Shown here in pieces: positions 20,801 to 31,200 of a DNA stretch of 64,000 nucleotides. The position numbers and the translations under genes are program-made. This DNA comes from an uncultured archaeon. Its GTDB lineage: Archaea; Thermoplasmatota; Penumbrarchaeia; JASLWR01. The stretch's first letter is position 1. Each line of letters starts with the position of its first letter. Below the pieces are notes generated by a model. It was not told the DNA's origin and searched no databases. It saw only the letters and a program-made list of their open reading frames with translations. Location: NCBI GenBank assembly GCA_964430885.1, contig CAYSHM010000012.1, forward strand, positions 1 to 64,000, in the 5' to 3' direction.

Positions 20801-23800
20801 CAAGTGATGGTTCATCTCGTTCATCTACCTCACAAAAATCGGCCCTTATAGCCGGACTAAATTCAGGATCAGCTTCGGCAATAACCCTTTCGTGCCTCAG
20901 ATTGAATGGATACTCAATCCCGCGTCTGACCGATAATGAGTTCAGGGATTGCAGTGTAGGTGTAATGATAAAGAACACACCTGAAGCAGTTATTTCATCC
21001 AATACTTTTATCTCCAATGGGATTGGATTGAAAGTGGAAGAACAAAAGGTTCCAAAGGATAGTTTCAACAGATTTCACGAAGAAGCAGATGAACTGAACA
21101 TTCTTTTGGATGATGAGGGCGGCAGGGCGGATCTGGTCAGAATACCCGCTGGCAGCTATATTGAGGATATGAATATGTATATATCGGGTGAAAGGATATT
21201 GCCCCAAGAGGTGTTTGGTCAAAAGAACCTCACTGTGGAAGGTCGTTCCATCAATAACACTCAATTGGCCCTTAATAGTAGTTTTTGGGTGAATGCACCC
21301 GCAGAATGGAATATATCAGAGGTAAAGGTTATTCCTTATAATGTCCATGGAGAAATGGGGGAGACGATGGCATTTTGGTCTCATGAACAAATTGAGCAGG
21401 CAGGGGTAAAATCGTCATCATGGACCAACGGTGATCGGTACTGCAATATGACCGCAGAACCTGAGGAATTTGAAGGGGAAGTGGCATGGATGAAATCCTT
21501 TGCTGGATCAGGAACATATGAAAGCTTTCTTTTGACATTGGAAGAAGGCGGTGCACTCAAGGCCTTCACAGGATCAGACCAGGATGTTCTTCAGGATGGC
21601 GTTGTTCTGTCCCAGCATGCGGGAAACGGGAGCACACCCTGCTTTGAAGGGCTTATAGAGTCGGGTTCGGGTACACCATTGGTGATATATTCCAGCGGAG
21701 AGGAAACGGGGGGCGGTGTTTTCCAATATGACAAACTGGTTTTCAGGAAATTTATTAAATCTGAATGGGGTCAGAGGGTAGAATATGATATTGAGGGTAT
21801 TACCAGCTTGAAGGCGATCTCGGTTCCCGGGACCGATAAGGCAGTGATACTAGCGGGAAGCAGAATAGATGCCAGGCTGTATGCTCTGCTTTGGAACGGA
21901 TATAAAATATCCGACCAATGGACCCTCAGTGAGAACCATTCGGGAGAACAGGACGAATATGACATGTCCTATGGTGTGGACGGATATTCTCTAGGATCGG
22001 TCTTCCAGGAGGGTGAGGATGAAATATGCTTCTCAAGTTATGATGGCTTATCCTGGAGTGAAAAAATCAGCTATCTGATTGAAACTGGCGGCCAGAGCTT
22101 ATCGTCGGTGAAAATGACCGAAATGACATTGAACGATGAGGTATTGTTACTGACAGCAGGGGATGGCGGTTCCCTTTGGGGATTAAACTGGAATGTAGGA
22201 GAGAATATTACTGACCTTGCACTGCTTACGGATTCGCTGTCAGGAAATTCCCCTCATGCCTATGATTTGCTCCAGCCTGATCCTTGGTCTGATTTGATCG
22301 CTCTATGGTCCAATGGGTCTAATGATGTGGAATGGAGAAGATTCAATGGAACTCTTTGGAGCGGAAAGAGCAACATCACAGGGATGATAGTCAATGATAC
22401 ATACAATATGTCACATGCAGAAGGTATTGAATGGCTCTCAGCTATCGGAGGTTCTTCAGCATTCAGTAATGAAATTATCGCACTCAGTTCCACCGGGAAT
22501 CTTGTTTCATTCCAGTGGAACGGCACATCCCTCAATTCAAGTAGATTGCTTGCCGAAAATGTATCTTTGAAGGGAATGGGTTCCTTTTCTTCAGCCATTC
22601 TCAAACCCGATATTTCTTCACTCCCACTATACGGTATATCTGTTCAGCACAATACAGGCGTCACCATGATCCAAAGGAACTTACTCCATGAAGGCGAAGT
22701 GGCAGTATTCAACTCCGAGGAATTGGCCGGAGGGTCGGATCACCTATTCTCTGTAAATAAAACATCAAAGCGGAATGCCAGTGTAGCAATAACCGCAGAA
22801 GCGGAAATTTTCAATAGAACGAATTTGGAATGGAATGAGTTCGATTCAGGTTATTATGCAAATATAGCCTTATGGGGTCCAGATATCAATATATCATCCG
22901 CCGTATTGAGATTGGACCTTCCTCACTATTTCTATTCTGATATCAAAGTAAATGCGACCAGCCTCAACATCACTCTTCCAAGGAGCTCAATATTAGATGG
23001 AACAAGGCAATTGGGTTTCATAACAATAGACCTGGCTTCTTCGGGCATCATAGGCGAAAAGTGGAATAGTGACGATGGTCTCATCGATCTCAATATCACA
23101 CTCTACTATACTGCTCAAAAACTGGACATTCAATTTGGATATGATGACAAAGCCCCCTTATTTACATTAAATAATTGGTCTGGTGAACGAACTGAGCTGA
23201 ATCTTACCGGAAAATACATCATCCAGGAACTGAACCGTTTATCATCACTCTGTGGAGTGGATAAGGGCTATGTCCAGATCCCATTGGTTCTGATGTCCGA
23301 TTCATTCTGGAATATAACCATTGATGGATTGGATGTGAATATTTCGAATCCCGTAGTTCTTCAGGAAAACCTCCTATATGATAATGTGGAAGGAATGAAT
23401 CTGGAAGCAGACTGCATTGTATCATGCAATACGATCTCCAACTGTTCAGGGTCCGGAATTACATGTTCGGATGTTGGGGGATATGTACAGGGGAACACTT
23501 TTTCCCAAAATCATATTGGAATTGAGATGGAAGATTCCCGGACCCTATTGTACGGAAATGATATCAATAACTCATATGGTATCCTGGCAAATACTATTGG
23601 AATTTATTCAAAGAACTCGGGTGCCCGCATATCGCAGAACCTTATTACTGGAGCCCAAAAGGGAATAGTCCTTAAAGGTAATGATAACAGCTCAGAGGTT
23701 ATTTGGAATGAAATTGTGAACAATGATATAGGGCTCTTCTCAAACAGCTCAGGCGGTTTGATCGATTCCAACCTTATTCAAGGGCTCAGTGGTCTAGGCC

Positions 23801-26800
23801 AGTGCGGCATCTTGACCGTCAATTCAAGTATGACGGTTCAGGACAATATCATCCAGGATAACCCGATTGGCATCAACTGCACGGGCACCGGGGTTCCCCT
23901 GTTTGATCATGCCGTCGTTTTGAACTTGAAAGGCAACCGTATAGCTGGCAACAGCATAGGGCTTTTCACAGGTCTAAATGCAAGCCTGAGAAGTGAGGGA
24001 TCATTTTTCATGAGCAACGCAGAAGCGGTGAGGATCGAACAGGCAGAGGATAATTTTTTCAATGATTCTTCATTCATTCAGAACGGTAAAGCACTCACCG
24101 TGATAAACGGAAAGGGCTCAATATACAGAAGCTCATTCCGCGGAGATGGGCCCTCATTTTCCACGGGGACTGGCGGATATATCTTTCTCAGCGATGTTTC
24201 TTTCCAGGGGGGATCAATGTCCGAACTCTCCAATATGGCGGTCAATGCCAGCCTGTACAGGACAGTTGAGGTCCGGATTTTGGATGATAATAATCAGCCC
24301 ATTTCAGAGGCGGAAGTTGAAATTTGCGATGGGAGCGGTGAATCCGTATTCAATATAGATACGGATCAATATGGTTCCGCGGGGGAGTTATCTCTTCTAT
24401 TGGGAAGCTGGGATAACAGCGGAAACGGTACCCCTGTATTCAGTTCCTTTACTCCCCATGGGATCAAGACAGGCTATTACCACCAGGGTCTTTGGACCAA
24501 TGCAACGGATATGCTTCTTCCGGACAATGGACCCGGTTTATTTGTATGGGAATCATATTTGGGTCAGGATACCGATAACGATGGAATAATCGATGGGAAG
24601 GAGATATATGTTATCGGATCGGACGAGAATGATCCGGATTCTGACGATGATGGACTAATGGACGGTACGGAAATTGGAATAAACGACACGACGAAGCCAT
24701 CCTCAACCGGGGCGGGTTTCATACCCGACATGGATCCTGGTAATGTGACCCATCCCCTTATCAATGATACAGACGGCGACGGTCTCTCGGATGGGGTTGA
24801 GGATAATGACTGCAACGGTAGATTGGACGATCTGGAGACCGACCCTTCCATGTGGGACACTGACGGTGATAGAATTCCTGACGGCTGGATCGACTGGAAC
24901 CTGAATGGAAATCCCGACCCTGGTGAATATGAGGATTTGGACCTCGATGGGGTATTGAATAAATTACCATGGAGCGAAGGGGGTGAGACCGATCCGCTTA
25001 GTTGGGACACCGATGGAGGCGGAATTGATGATCTTACAGAATTGGAAACCGGTCAGGATCCCTTAGCTGCACAGAACGAATGGAATGATGCAGACGCAGA
25101 TTGTGATGGATTAGCCGATAGCTATGAGAACTTCCTCGGAACCCATTCTGATAACCCGGATTCCGACGGCGACGGCGTGGATGACGGCCGGGAAATGATC
25201 ACAGGTCTAGACCCGTTATCCCAGGACAGTGATAACGATGGCTTAGGTGATGGTACCGAATTATGGGATAATGAAATCGCCTGCCGCACCGTTGATTGGT
25301 ATGAGGCGGAGTATCATATAGCTAGCGATCTTGCATCTATCAATGAGGATTTTGCAGCTTCAGTCAATCCTAAAACAGGTCGGCCCTATGCGGCAGTCCA
25401 CCAGCATGATGATGTAGGATTCCAGGATCAGGAGATAGGTCCCTTGATCAGATATGTGGTTGATGGCAGGACCCATGAACCCGGAGAATATAAGTTGATC
25501 CTTAAGATAAGGACAGACGGATCCTGCAAAGGAATAATCAGATACAAGACCCAAAATGTGGAACCGGAGGAGAAAAGATTTGAACTTCATGGTCCGTGTG
25601 AATATAAGTTCATAACTTTTGGATTCAGGGTTCCAGAAACACCCGGGAACTCGGGAGTTGGTTTTGTTTATACAATAGAACTGTATCTAGAGTATCCTGC
25701 AGATGAAGCAATCATAGACAAGTTTGCGGTCATAGAACTGAATAGCAGTGCGGATCATTTTACCAAACTTATCACCGATCCCTTGGACCATGATATTGAC
25801 GGCGACGGATTGTATGACGGGGTGGAACTCAGATCCAATATTCACGATGATATTGATGATGTCGTCAGCGGGGAGATGGAAAACGATCAAAAAATAAAAG
25901 ATTACTTTAACAACATCATCATTCTGGAGGCTGAAGAGCTGTCGCAGCTGCAAAACTGCACGCTTGCGGACGATGGAGAAGCCAGCGGTGCCAAGGTTCT
26001 TTCCGGATACTATTGTGATAATCTGAATGGAAACAACCAGCTGACCCCTGGACGTTTGGACCCCGATCAGCCTTACATTTATGACCATGTCTGCTTGGAT
26101 ACTTGGTATACCGTTCCTCTGCCTGAAGGTGAATACAGGGTTTTTATCCGCTATCGAAGCGTCATAAGTCAGGTGCAGGAGGATATTGGTTTTCATTCTC
26201 TCCTAGGATCCAGCAATGAATATGGGGGCCTAACTTCCTTTACCAATAACTATATTATTTCGGAAATCGGGGGTTTTGTAATGGTCCATAGCGATATACA
26301 GATGATAGCGGATCCACCTGTAAGGATCTTCTTGGCCTCAGAGGAAATCCTGTTTATCGACCAGCTGTATATTGTGAGGATATCCAATGAATCCGGAGAG
26401 AAATTATTGGATAACAAAGGAATATCCGACGTATTACTGGGTGATACCGACGGGGACGGACTTTCCGACGGAATGGAGGCCAGGGTTGTTATGAGAACCT
26501 CCTTCGAGTCCAATATTGAACTGGGTGATTGGGTGGTGGCGGACCTTGATCAGGACGGCATGATGGATTGGTATGAGGATTCGGTTACGGATCTGATGCA
26601 GCGAAAATATTCCTGCCAGCATATCAGTGATGAACTGCAGGATTCCTATGTGAATATTAGCACCCTTCAGGAGATTAGGATCAGGAATCCGGTTTCACAG
26701 GGAATTGAAGATAGAGCTTTCTTTGCTTACAGGATGTCTCCGGGAGGTCCAGATATACCCGTAATAGTGATCAGGGACAGCCAGGACAAATGGTGTTTCT

Positions 26801-28290
26801 TCACCCGTTCTCTGAAATCCTTTGCAAATGCCAGTGAACTGTCAATTCAGCCTGTCAATTCCCATTTAGGTGAAGTATGGTGGATGGACCCCTTTGACAG
26901 CGATACCGATGATGATCTCCTTCTTGATTCCCTGGAAGTGGAGGTGTCTGTGAGAAGTAATTTCTGGTTTGATGAACATTTCCTTTCAAATTCTGTGGGC
27001 CAGGGCAGCGCGCTTTTCATTTCAGGGGCTGGAGGAACTTTGGCAGAACTCAGAATTCCGGTGGAGATGATCAATTCAACAACAAAGGAATGGGTTCGTA
27101 TTACAGGCAGGGCCCCGTGGGGTAATTATCTCTCCCGCGGCAGGTCCCAGTTCGGTTTGGAGATTCCCGGTGATTTTGTAGATATATTGCCGTTCCAGAC
27201 CGATGGGACGCTTAGCGGAAGCTGGAGCACCAGATGCGCAGCCGATGGGGAGATAGCAATGTTCAGGAATAAATTGAATATCAATGACCTTGGTCCTTCA
27301 GTTCTTTTCTCCATGAACGAATTGCTCCAGTCTAAGTACGACCCATTATCTCCTGATATTGACGGGGATGGTCTGCCTGACGGCGAAGAGCTATACTTCT
27401 ACGGGACCGATCCCCACCGATTTGATACTGATGGAGATGGAATGTCGGATTACTGGAATGTTCATTACGGGAATCCTGAAGATGATCCGGACGGCGATGG
27501 TTTTACAAATCTCGAGGAATACAACGGATTTCTGGCAACAGGTTGGAATTCAACAGATCCAATGAGGCCGACCATTCTCATAGAATTGGACTATGTGAAA
27601 GACTGTTCGGATAACGTATGGAAGCCTTCAAATGATGTAATTGAACAGGTTGAAAATGCTCTGAGGAATAAGGGTATAGAACTGAGAATCCTATTGGATG
27701 ATGAGATCGATGCCGAAACAGATTGGAGATTCTCCGGAAGCTATCTGGCCATTGGAAGCTGCGACAGCGTTCTGGAGGCTTACAGGGGCAAGGAGAAATA
27801 TCTGCATATGATAACGTCATACAAAACAGATATGGATTGGCTCGGGTATGTGTTCGGTTCTACAATTACGGACCCGGCATCCCAGATATTGGAGAGAACC
27901 GGGAGCTTTGTATGGATGGGTGAGATTGAGGATTATCATGGAGCTTATGATATTTTTGAGAATAACCAGATCACAGTTGAGCACATGTATGCAAAGAAGA
28001 TCCTCCATCAAATAGGCCATATGCTTCAAGCCAGTCACGAAGGGGGAATTGGTAGATGGAATTATTATAACTCTATGTTATCCGAATCGGAAATGATCTT
28101 TCCTGAAGCCCAGAACAACATTGATAAATGGAAAATGGCCCTATTGGGTTGGAACAACCAGGATCCGGATATGGGTGCTTTGGAAGAAGTAGGCTGGGCC
28201 GGACTCTCCAGAGAAAGTGTAAATCAGTTCGAGCTGTTAAATAAATTGTCGGTGGATACAGCGGAGATAAGGGAAAAACCGGAGGTTTAA
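14896..28290 (+). CDS. Giant secreted protein: right-handed beta-helix (PbH1/NosD-like) segments, repeated beta-sandwich modules, DxDxDG Ca-binding repeats, C-terminal metzincin-like domain
   Basis: 4464-aa ORF with many I.NN.I..N..GI rungs, many D(T/S)DGDG..DG.E repeats and HQIGHMLQASH...NSML near the C-terminus. No C-terminal TM. Confidence 0.8.
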   Translation: MKETFLINTLSDDIEGDMVFRTTVNYDNASLDVFTRTKQVCNTTYSKGDIEFRDAQGNMVFMIPRPVIFDTPDKIFDRHLGSWVTDPSSVETAELNYILKMVNGHLDIYYFVPLNYLKSNTTNYPVHVDPSISSNSIIESIRYTGLGNGSIMKEDSSGISFISGSEMVLCSDLSIIKGGVLTLDNVSLTVDSPEEWEFNIYVETGGTLNIVNGSRITKGNNQSCYGISYYPGSKGFIESSSIENISNNGAGLLLMSDITVMNSTIMNGSGNGICVLRSSPFISNNKIYSNSNSGIIVGCGGAPEIINNKIFGNTFGIRWDGDYIHDDLSTLDMIEYCDYVYSSQGRIYPMDLGMESTFTTVELTLCTGSLYDAVVMEIKNKDDCIFQYDILDGRSSGVIKGLENLTSEVTDISGINPFEHPTIRLRGKFLGNRTLQPYLNSWRVRFRPVKSSGCEGETGSYDLSLSDEFGGYSLNPRWDESGFQTQDSDMDVDGWGYLTPVDYGSNGSGWHGPLIESKVPLSCASFILESRLDIRNSYFGMGSTRIELLDRNDEVMFRLVWSDSWNYQYTSRLTLSDSEKQLYDSGVGTEYNDFSGKLKLERSNSTDVEFYIDTGSGYQELDLSQVPAPISLASAIASVRISMAAHQYHSLLPVQRIDWFNFKSIEYYKTGADSPILDNVKSIEGTVSLGSKGFEDGSSKDEFTGNGLDERWTRWNFGTNYSDMDVDGSGFLEPLDYGINDSNWHGPNITTELETADKGFILECGFDIENDHISMGKSVIELRNFSETLFTCTWSDVWAGADCSRIILRDNEKVLFNSGTGLVFNDFKGRIKLQRISNNEIRLFIDSGYGYWEYSLQTQPSQVSLSSAVENLTVSMQSFSTYRPLPNNKLDFISFSSSYQKKGSYLTGMIRTLDCTILDTLSLDIHEPDAEHFIYASLVDSVSLEPIKGYEGVRGDLIDLSAADELKGSGIRLLFELRGNGTSTPFIKGWRLYNSPMVMGNEIYNNSEAGIFCNESAPTITGNVINYNKEGIRLFRSSAGMRSGVSPLCSFQTLFRDPFLSVDKIHSMENLSQAHGAIRLKDNSSEGHLISSIIEARKGQAWGHVQILNSLYTNSTLNLSILDAETGEMIPNFMNLTGEFISLNELDPMVYPKIRLRADLTGNGSNSPALIEWQVTGGSYQGYVETFEEGYGGISVIDNLTIDDGKVSFEQRDWWNMDYVYRRELVITEELGIQRNNESHDLSVDLSSWEHQPVSQNGIRLVSSNNSEMDRTITAFVPGEYLNLSFNVSELSANGTVTFYIYYGCEQPDIPVSANISTTKIIMDDDQSLSDLGGGTGPEHIENRYVNMDFMPDAPVGEKVVRFSGNDINQTTPSYWYPEINSAELEIPQGYFFGYFMYWDNSTEGPSGTKVSHLTAGVDANFSNGDSMGTLDPFITDQNGIPITPVQQVTNKCRDNWYYRYTSQLEGKTIDSFFLAYDDGGVNGTLHGNFTVYFDYIFIGPNRGPVEKLIGDEETIYPVCGLVVSEEICPDSISGNRWGEFRAADHIPENTSITYQVLQGQLGSEGALQPVPAYESLTCPIIDLNPIDTSIYPSLRIGALFEGDGNQTPEIDHWSLSMSPMISCGSISDNDMNFNDIGIWSSESISVIHGNRIHDSSISGVLLDQCTRTNITTTHFESGLEQDMVFESSGRKIIDIPSTPGYFSMDGMSLMVNASGYKSLHDNEGMMEFSAYIENSSMDAVLNSSLSLDVPDEWCLESLSASFGSLTSNGTAVYPEEVGLRSEISGHEKAFLDHWESVLFNSTVLMETANPVKVNFSSSADNVKANISCRTDICTGSKVQWKEEEWGLSALIELSPPESPVKDPILRIFLPSAGSSGLNGSIIDNGRDISEYLYTIQGVNGEPSYIQLLLSDLQEIGDSWELADGSWQLKINLIYSVIDISIDVHDDGIADWVSEGVFKGPDQMIVQLSSDGSSRSSTSQKSALIAGLNSGSASAITLSCLRLNGYSIPRLTDNEFRDCSVGVMIKNTPEAVISSNTFISNGIGLKVEEQKVPKDSFNRFHEEADELNILLDDEGGRADLVRIPAGSYIEDMNMYISGERILPQEVFGQKNLTVEGRSINNTQLALNSSFWVNAPAEWNISEVKVIPYNVHGEMGETMAFWSHEQIEQAGVKSSSWTNGDRYCNMTAEPEEFEGEVAWMKSFAGSGTYESFLLTLEEGGALKAFTGSDQDVLQDGVVLSQHAGNGSTPCFEGLIESGSGTPLVIYSSGEETGGGVFQYDKLVFRKFIKSEWGQRVEYDIEGITSLKAISVPGTDKAVILAGSRIDARLYALLWNGYKISDQWTLSENHSGEQDEYDMSYGVDGYSLGSVFQEGEDEICFSSYDGLSWSEKISYLIETGGQSLSSVKMTEMTLNDEVLLLTAGDGGSLWGLNWNVGENITDLALLTDSLSGNSPHAYDLLQPDPWSDLIALWSNGSNDVEWRRFNGTLWSGKSNITGMIVNDTYNMSHAEGIEWLSAIGGSSAFSNEIIALSSTGNLVSFQWNGTSLNSSRLLAENVSLKGMGSFSSAILKPDISSLPLYGISVQHNTGVTMIQRNLLHEGEVAVFNSEELAGGSDHLFSVNKTSKRNASVAITAEAEIFNRTNLEWNEFDSGYYANIALWGPDINISSAVLRLDLPHYFYSDIKVNATSLNITLPRSSILDGTRQLGFITIDLASSGIIGEKWNSDDGLIDLNITLYYTAQKLDIQFGYDDKAPLFTLNNWSGERTELNLTGKYIIQELNRLSSLCGVDKGYVQIPLVLMSDSFWNITIDGLDVNISNPVVLQENLLYDNVEGMNLEADCIVSCNTISNCSGSGITCSDVGGYVQGNTFSQNHIGIEMEDSRTLLYGNDINNSYGILANTIGIYSKNSGARISQNLITGAQKGIVLKGNDNSSEVIWNEIVNNDIGLFSNSSGGLIDSNLIQGLSGLGQCGILTVNSSMTVQDNIIQDNPIGINCTGTGVPLFDHAVVLNLKGNRIAGNSIGLFTGLNASLRSEGSFFMSNAEAVRIEQAEDNFFNDSSFIQNGKALTVINGKGSIYRSSFRGDGPSFSTGTGGYIFLSDVSFQGGSMSELSNMAVNASLYRTVEVRILDDNNQPISEAEVEICDGSGESVFNIDTDQYGSAGELSLLLGSWDNSGNGTPVFSSFTPHGIKTGYYHQGLWTNATDMLLPDNGPGLFVWESYLGQDTDNDGIIDGKEIYVIGSDENDPDSDDDGLMDGTEIGINDTTKPSSTGAGFIPDMDPGNVTHPLINDTDGDGLSDGVEDNDCNGRLDDLETDPSMWDTDGDRIPDGWIDWNLNGNPDPGEYEDLDLDGVLNKLPWSEGGETDPLSWDTDGGGIDDLTELETGQDPLAAQNEWNDADADCDGLADSYENFLGTHSDNPDSDGDGVDDGREMITGLDPLSQDSDNDGLGDGTELWDNEIACRTVDWYEAEYHIASDLASINEDFAASVNPKTGRPYAAVHQHDDVGFQDQEIGPLIRYVVDGRTHEPGEYKLILKIRTDGSCKGIIRYKTQNVEPEEKRFELHGPCEYKFITFGFRVPETPGNSGVGFVYTIELYLEYPADEAIIDKFAVIELNSSADHFTKLITDPLDHDIDGDGLYDGVELRSNIHDDIDDVVSGEMENDQKIKDYFNNIIILEAEELSQLQNCTLADDGEASGAKVLSGYYCDNLNGNNQLTPGRLDPDQPYIYDHVCLDTWYTVPLPEGEYRVFIRYRSVISQVQEDIGFHSLLGSSNEYGGLTSFTNNYIISEIGGFVMVHSDIQMIADPPVRIFLASEEILFIDQLYIVRISNESGEKLLDNKGISDVLLGDTDGDGLSDGMEARVVMRTSFESNIELGDWVVADLDQDGMMDWYEDSVTDLMQRKYSCQHISDELQDSYVNISTLQEIRIRNPVSQGIEDRAFFAYRMSPGGPDIPVIVIRDSQDKWCFFTRSLKSFANASELSIQPVNSHLGEVWWMDPFDSDTDDDLLLDSLEVEVSVRSNFWFDEHFLSNSVGQGSALFISGAGGTLAELRIPVEMINSTTKEWVRITGRAPWGNYLSRGRSQFGLEIPGDFVDILPFQTDGTLSGSWSTRCAADGEIAMFRNKLNINDLGPSVLFSMNELLQSKYDPLSPDIDGDGLPDGEELYFYGTDPHRFDTDGDGMSDYWNVHYGNPEDDPDGDGFTNLEEYNGFLATGWNSTDPMRPTILIELDYVKDCSDNVWKPSNDVIEQVENALRNKGIELRILLDDEIDAETDWRFSGSYLAIGSCDSVLEAYRGKEKYLHMITSYKTDMDWLGYVFGSTITDPASQILERTGSFVWMGEIEDYHGAYDIFENNQITVEHMYAKKILHQIGHMLQASHEGGIGRWNYYNSMLSESEMIFPEAQNNIDKWKMALLGWNNQDPDMGALEEVGWAGLSRESVNQFELLNKLSVDTAEIREKPEV

Positions 28291-28292
28291 AA

Positions 28293-31200
28293 ATGGGCAG
28301 AATAATTATAAATGCGGAAAAAATCCTTGCTGTCACGATAATTGTAGTTATGATTATTTCTGGACTACTGGCAATTCTTCTCTATGAGGAAACCGTTATT
28401 GAAGCATGCCCCAAACAAAATCCTTCCTTTAGTGTTTCACAATCCACGGAACGATATTCAAGGGCTTCCGGTCCGGCCAACCCTTTTCTCACCTGTGATG
28501 ACGACCACAACATATACATGGCATGGGAGGAACGGGGTAATTCCAGCGATATAGTAGTGCTGGGGAAATATGATCAATCAGGCTCATTATTGTCGGACAT
28601 GATTCTGGGGATGATCGAAAAAAACAATCCTGCCTCAAGTCATCCGCCAGAGATGGTTGTTGATGACAACCAGGTAGTTCATTTATTCACCAAGGGCATG
28701 AACGGATTGAATTACTTCAGGTATGATCCCCTGGATGGGTCAGTTCTTCATAAGCTGATAAATATTTCCAGTGAATCCCGTTATTATCATCATCCTGAAA
28801 TGATCTTAGATGAGAACAATAATATTCATTTGCTGTTCACGGTATCCCACGAGGATGTAAGAGGTCTTTTGAATGATGGTCTTTACTATATAATGATGGA
28901 TGATGAAGGGAGAAAGATCAAATCAGGAACTCAAATCGCTAACGGTTCTGTTTCACCCTATACCGATCCCCGTATCTATATTGACCGGAAAGGTTCACTG
29001 CATGTTTCCTGGAAATCGGAAGGTTTGCTGCCTGGAGTTGAACATATCTCTTACAGCACCCTCAATAACGAATGTTCAATGATCTCTCAACCTATTGTTA
29101 TAAACAATACCTCCGTAAACAATGACAGCCTGAACATCAAAAATCTAGGTGTATTTCCTGATGATAAGGGCCAGGTTTGTTTTGTCTATTTCCTTTCGCA
29201 TCATAGAACAATAAACGGATTCAAGGATACGGATGTGCTCAAGGGGAGGTTTATCTTAGTGAAAAGGGATCTTCTATATGGTAATGCAACCTCAAAGGAG
29301 ATTCTTTTGAATAGAACCCAGGATCACTATCTGGAATGTATGGATCTCGTTGATAACGGTCACGGACGATTTGATCTAGCTTGGTCTGATAACAGAAGCG
29401 GAAATTGGGATATTTACCGCCAGTCCTTCAATTCTACTTCCGCGCCGATTTCTCCTGAATCAAAAGTCTCCGGTACCCAAGGGAATTCAACCGGGCCTGC
29501 TATGACAATGCTCTCGAACAATATGGTAGCAATATCTTTCATCAACGATGCTGGCGGGAAAAACAATCTCATCGGTCCGGCAATAGACGCTACCTACCTT
29601 CCTACCTTCCTTTGGGATGACGATTTTTCCGAGATACCAATAGAGCCGGGTGAGGAGAAAACTCTTCGACCGTTCATTTCTAATCAGGGTAGTGTCAGCG
29701 ATACATATCACCTTGAACTCCTTGATCTGCCCTCTGAATGGACTCACGAATTCCTATCAAACGATTTTACATTGAACCCGGGGAAGAACCGCAGTTTTGA
29801 TCTGAATGTTGCCGCTCCTTCATTAGTGCCAGAAGATATGTGGGTGAACGTGACCATCAAGTGTTTTTCAGAAGGACTTCAATCTGTGGTTGAACATATG
29901 CACATCAATCTGTTCCTCAATATCACTTTAGGATGTGAGATAACAGAGTATAATGTCAGTGATAGGGTCTATCCTGGATTGAATTACACTGTAGAACTGC
30001 GTGTGGAAAATACCGGGAACATTCCCGAAACTTTGCACTTAGGTTATTCATCTCCCTTGGAATTATTGGAAATCGAGTTTGATAAAAATGATATCCTCCT
30101 CTTACCTGGACAAAGAGATATGGTGAAGTGCACAATGCTGGTAAAAACAACCAATCCCGATGATAAGTTCAATATCACTTTCAATGCAAGTGTTGTAGGA
30201 CAAGCGGGTTATTATAATTCAGTGGTTCTCGAATTCACTGTTCTGGACCGCAGTGTTGTCATTGCATCTTCAAGCGGTGAAGAAACCATTTATCCTACAC
30301 CTGGTGCGGAGTACTCTCACAGATTAAGGATCAGAAATCCTGCTTCTATCGGCCAAAATGTGAACCTCAATGTCAGCCAATACCCTATCAACTGGACCTG
30401 TAGATTAGAAAATAAATCGTTGTTCCTGGAGGCGGGAGGTGAGCAGGAAGTAGTTCTATTGGTCAATCCTGATTCTGATGTGAGATTAAATTCAGTCCAT
30501 ACAATTTTAATATCCGTTGTTTTAAGAGAGGGTGAAATTTCATTGGAAACCTATGATATCACCGCCGTCCCAAAGGATTATTCCTTGGAATTGGGACCTG
30601 ATCATTTTTCAGGTGCAGTACAATCTGGACAGAACTATGCTGTCAGGTTGACGATCCGGAATACCGGCTGGAATAACAACTATTCTTTTTCAATGTCCGA
30701 TCTCCCGCTGGGCTGGGGTGCAGTGGGTTTGGATCGTCCTTTTTCACTGATCAAAGGTGAGGGAATTCAGAAAGATATGATACTGCTTCTTCCTGAGGAT
30801 GCTGAACCCGGAGATTACAACCTTTCTCTTCTGGTGGAATGCTATCCTGAATCCATGACTGTTTTCATTCAGCTCATTGTATCTGACAGTAAAGCTTCAG
30901 ATAATACAACAGAAGAAAAAGATTCCGACGGGGACGGTTATAACGATACATATGAACTATCCGAAGGAAGTGATCCCTTTAACAAGGCTTCTACGCCCCT
31001 GGACTGGGATGGAGATGGGGTGATCAATGAAAAGGACCATTATCCACGGGATCCCAAGAGATGGGCCAAAGAAGAGGACAATCGATTACTGGTTGTTATT
31101 GTTATCACCATTATGTTGCTGGTTCTGCTGTTTGCCGGGGCCATTGCCTATTCAAAGCTGAAAAATGTTATGAACCATGAAACCAGACAATCCATCTATG

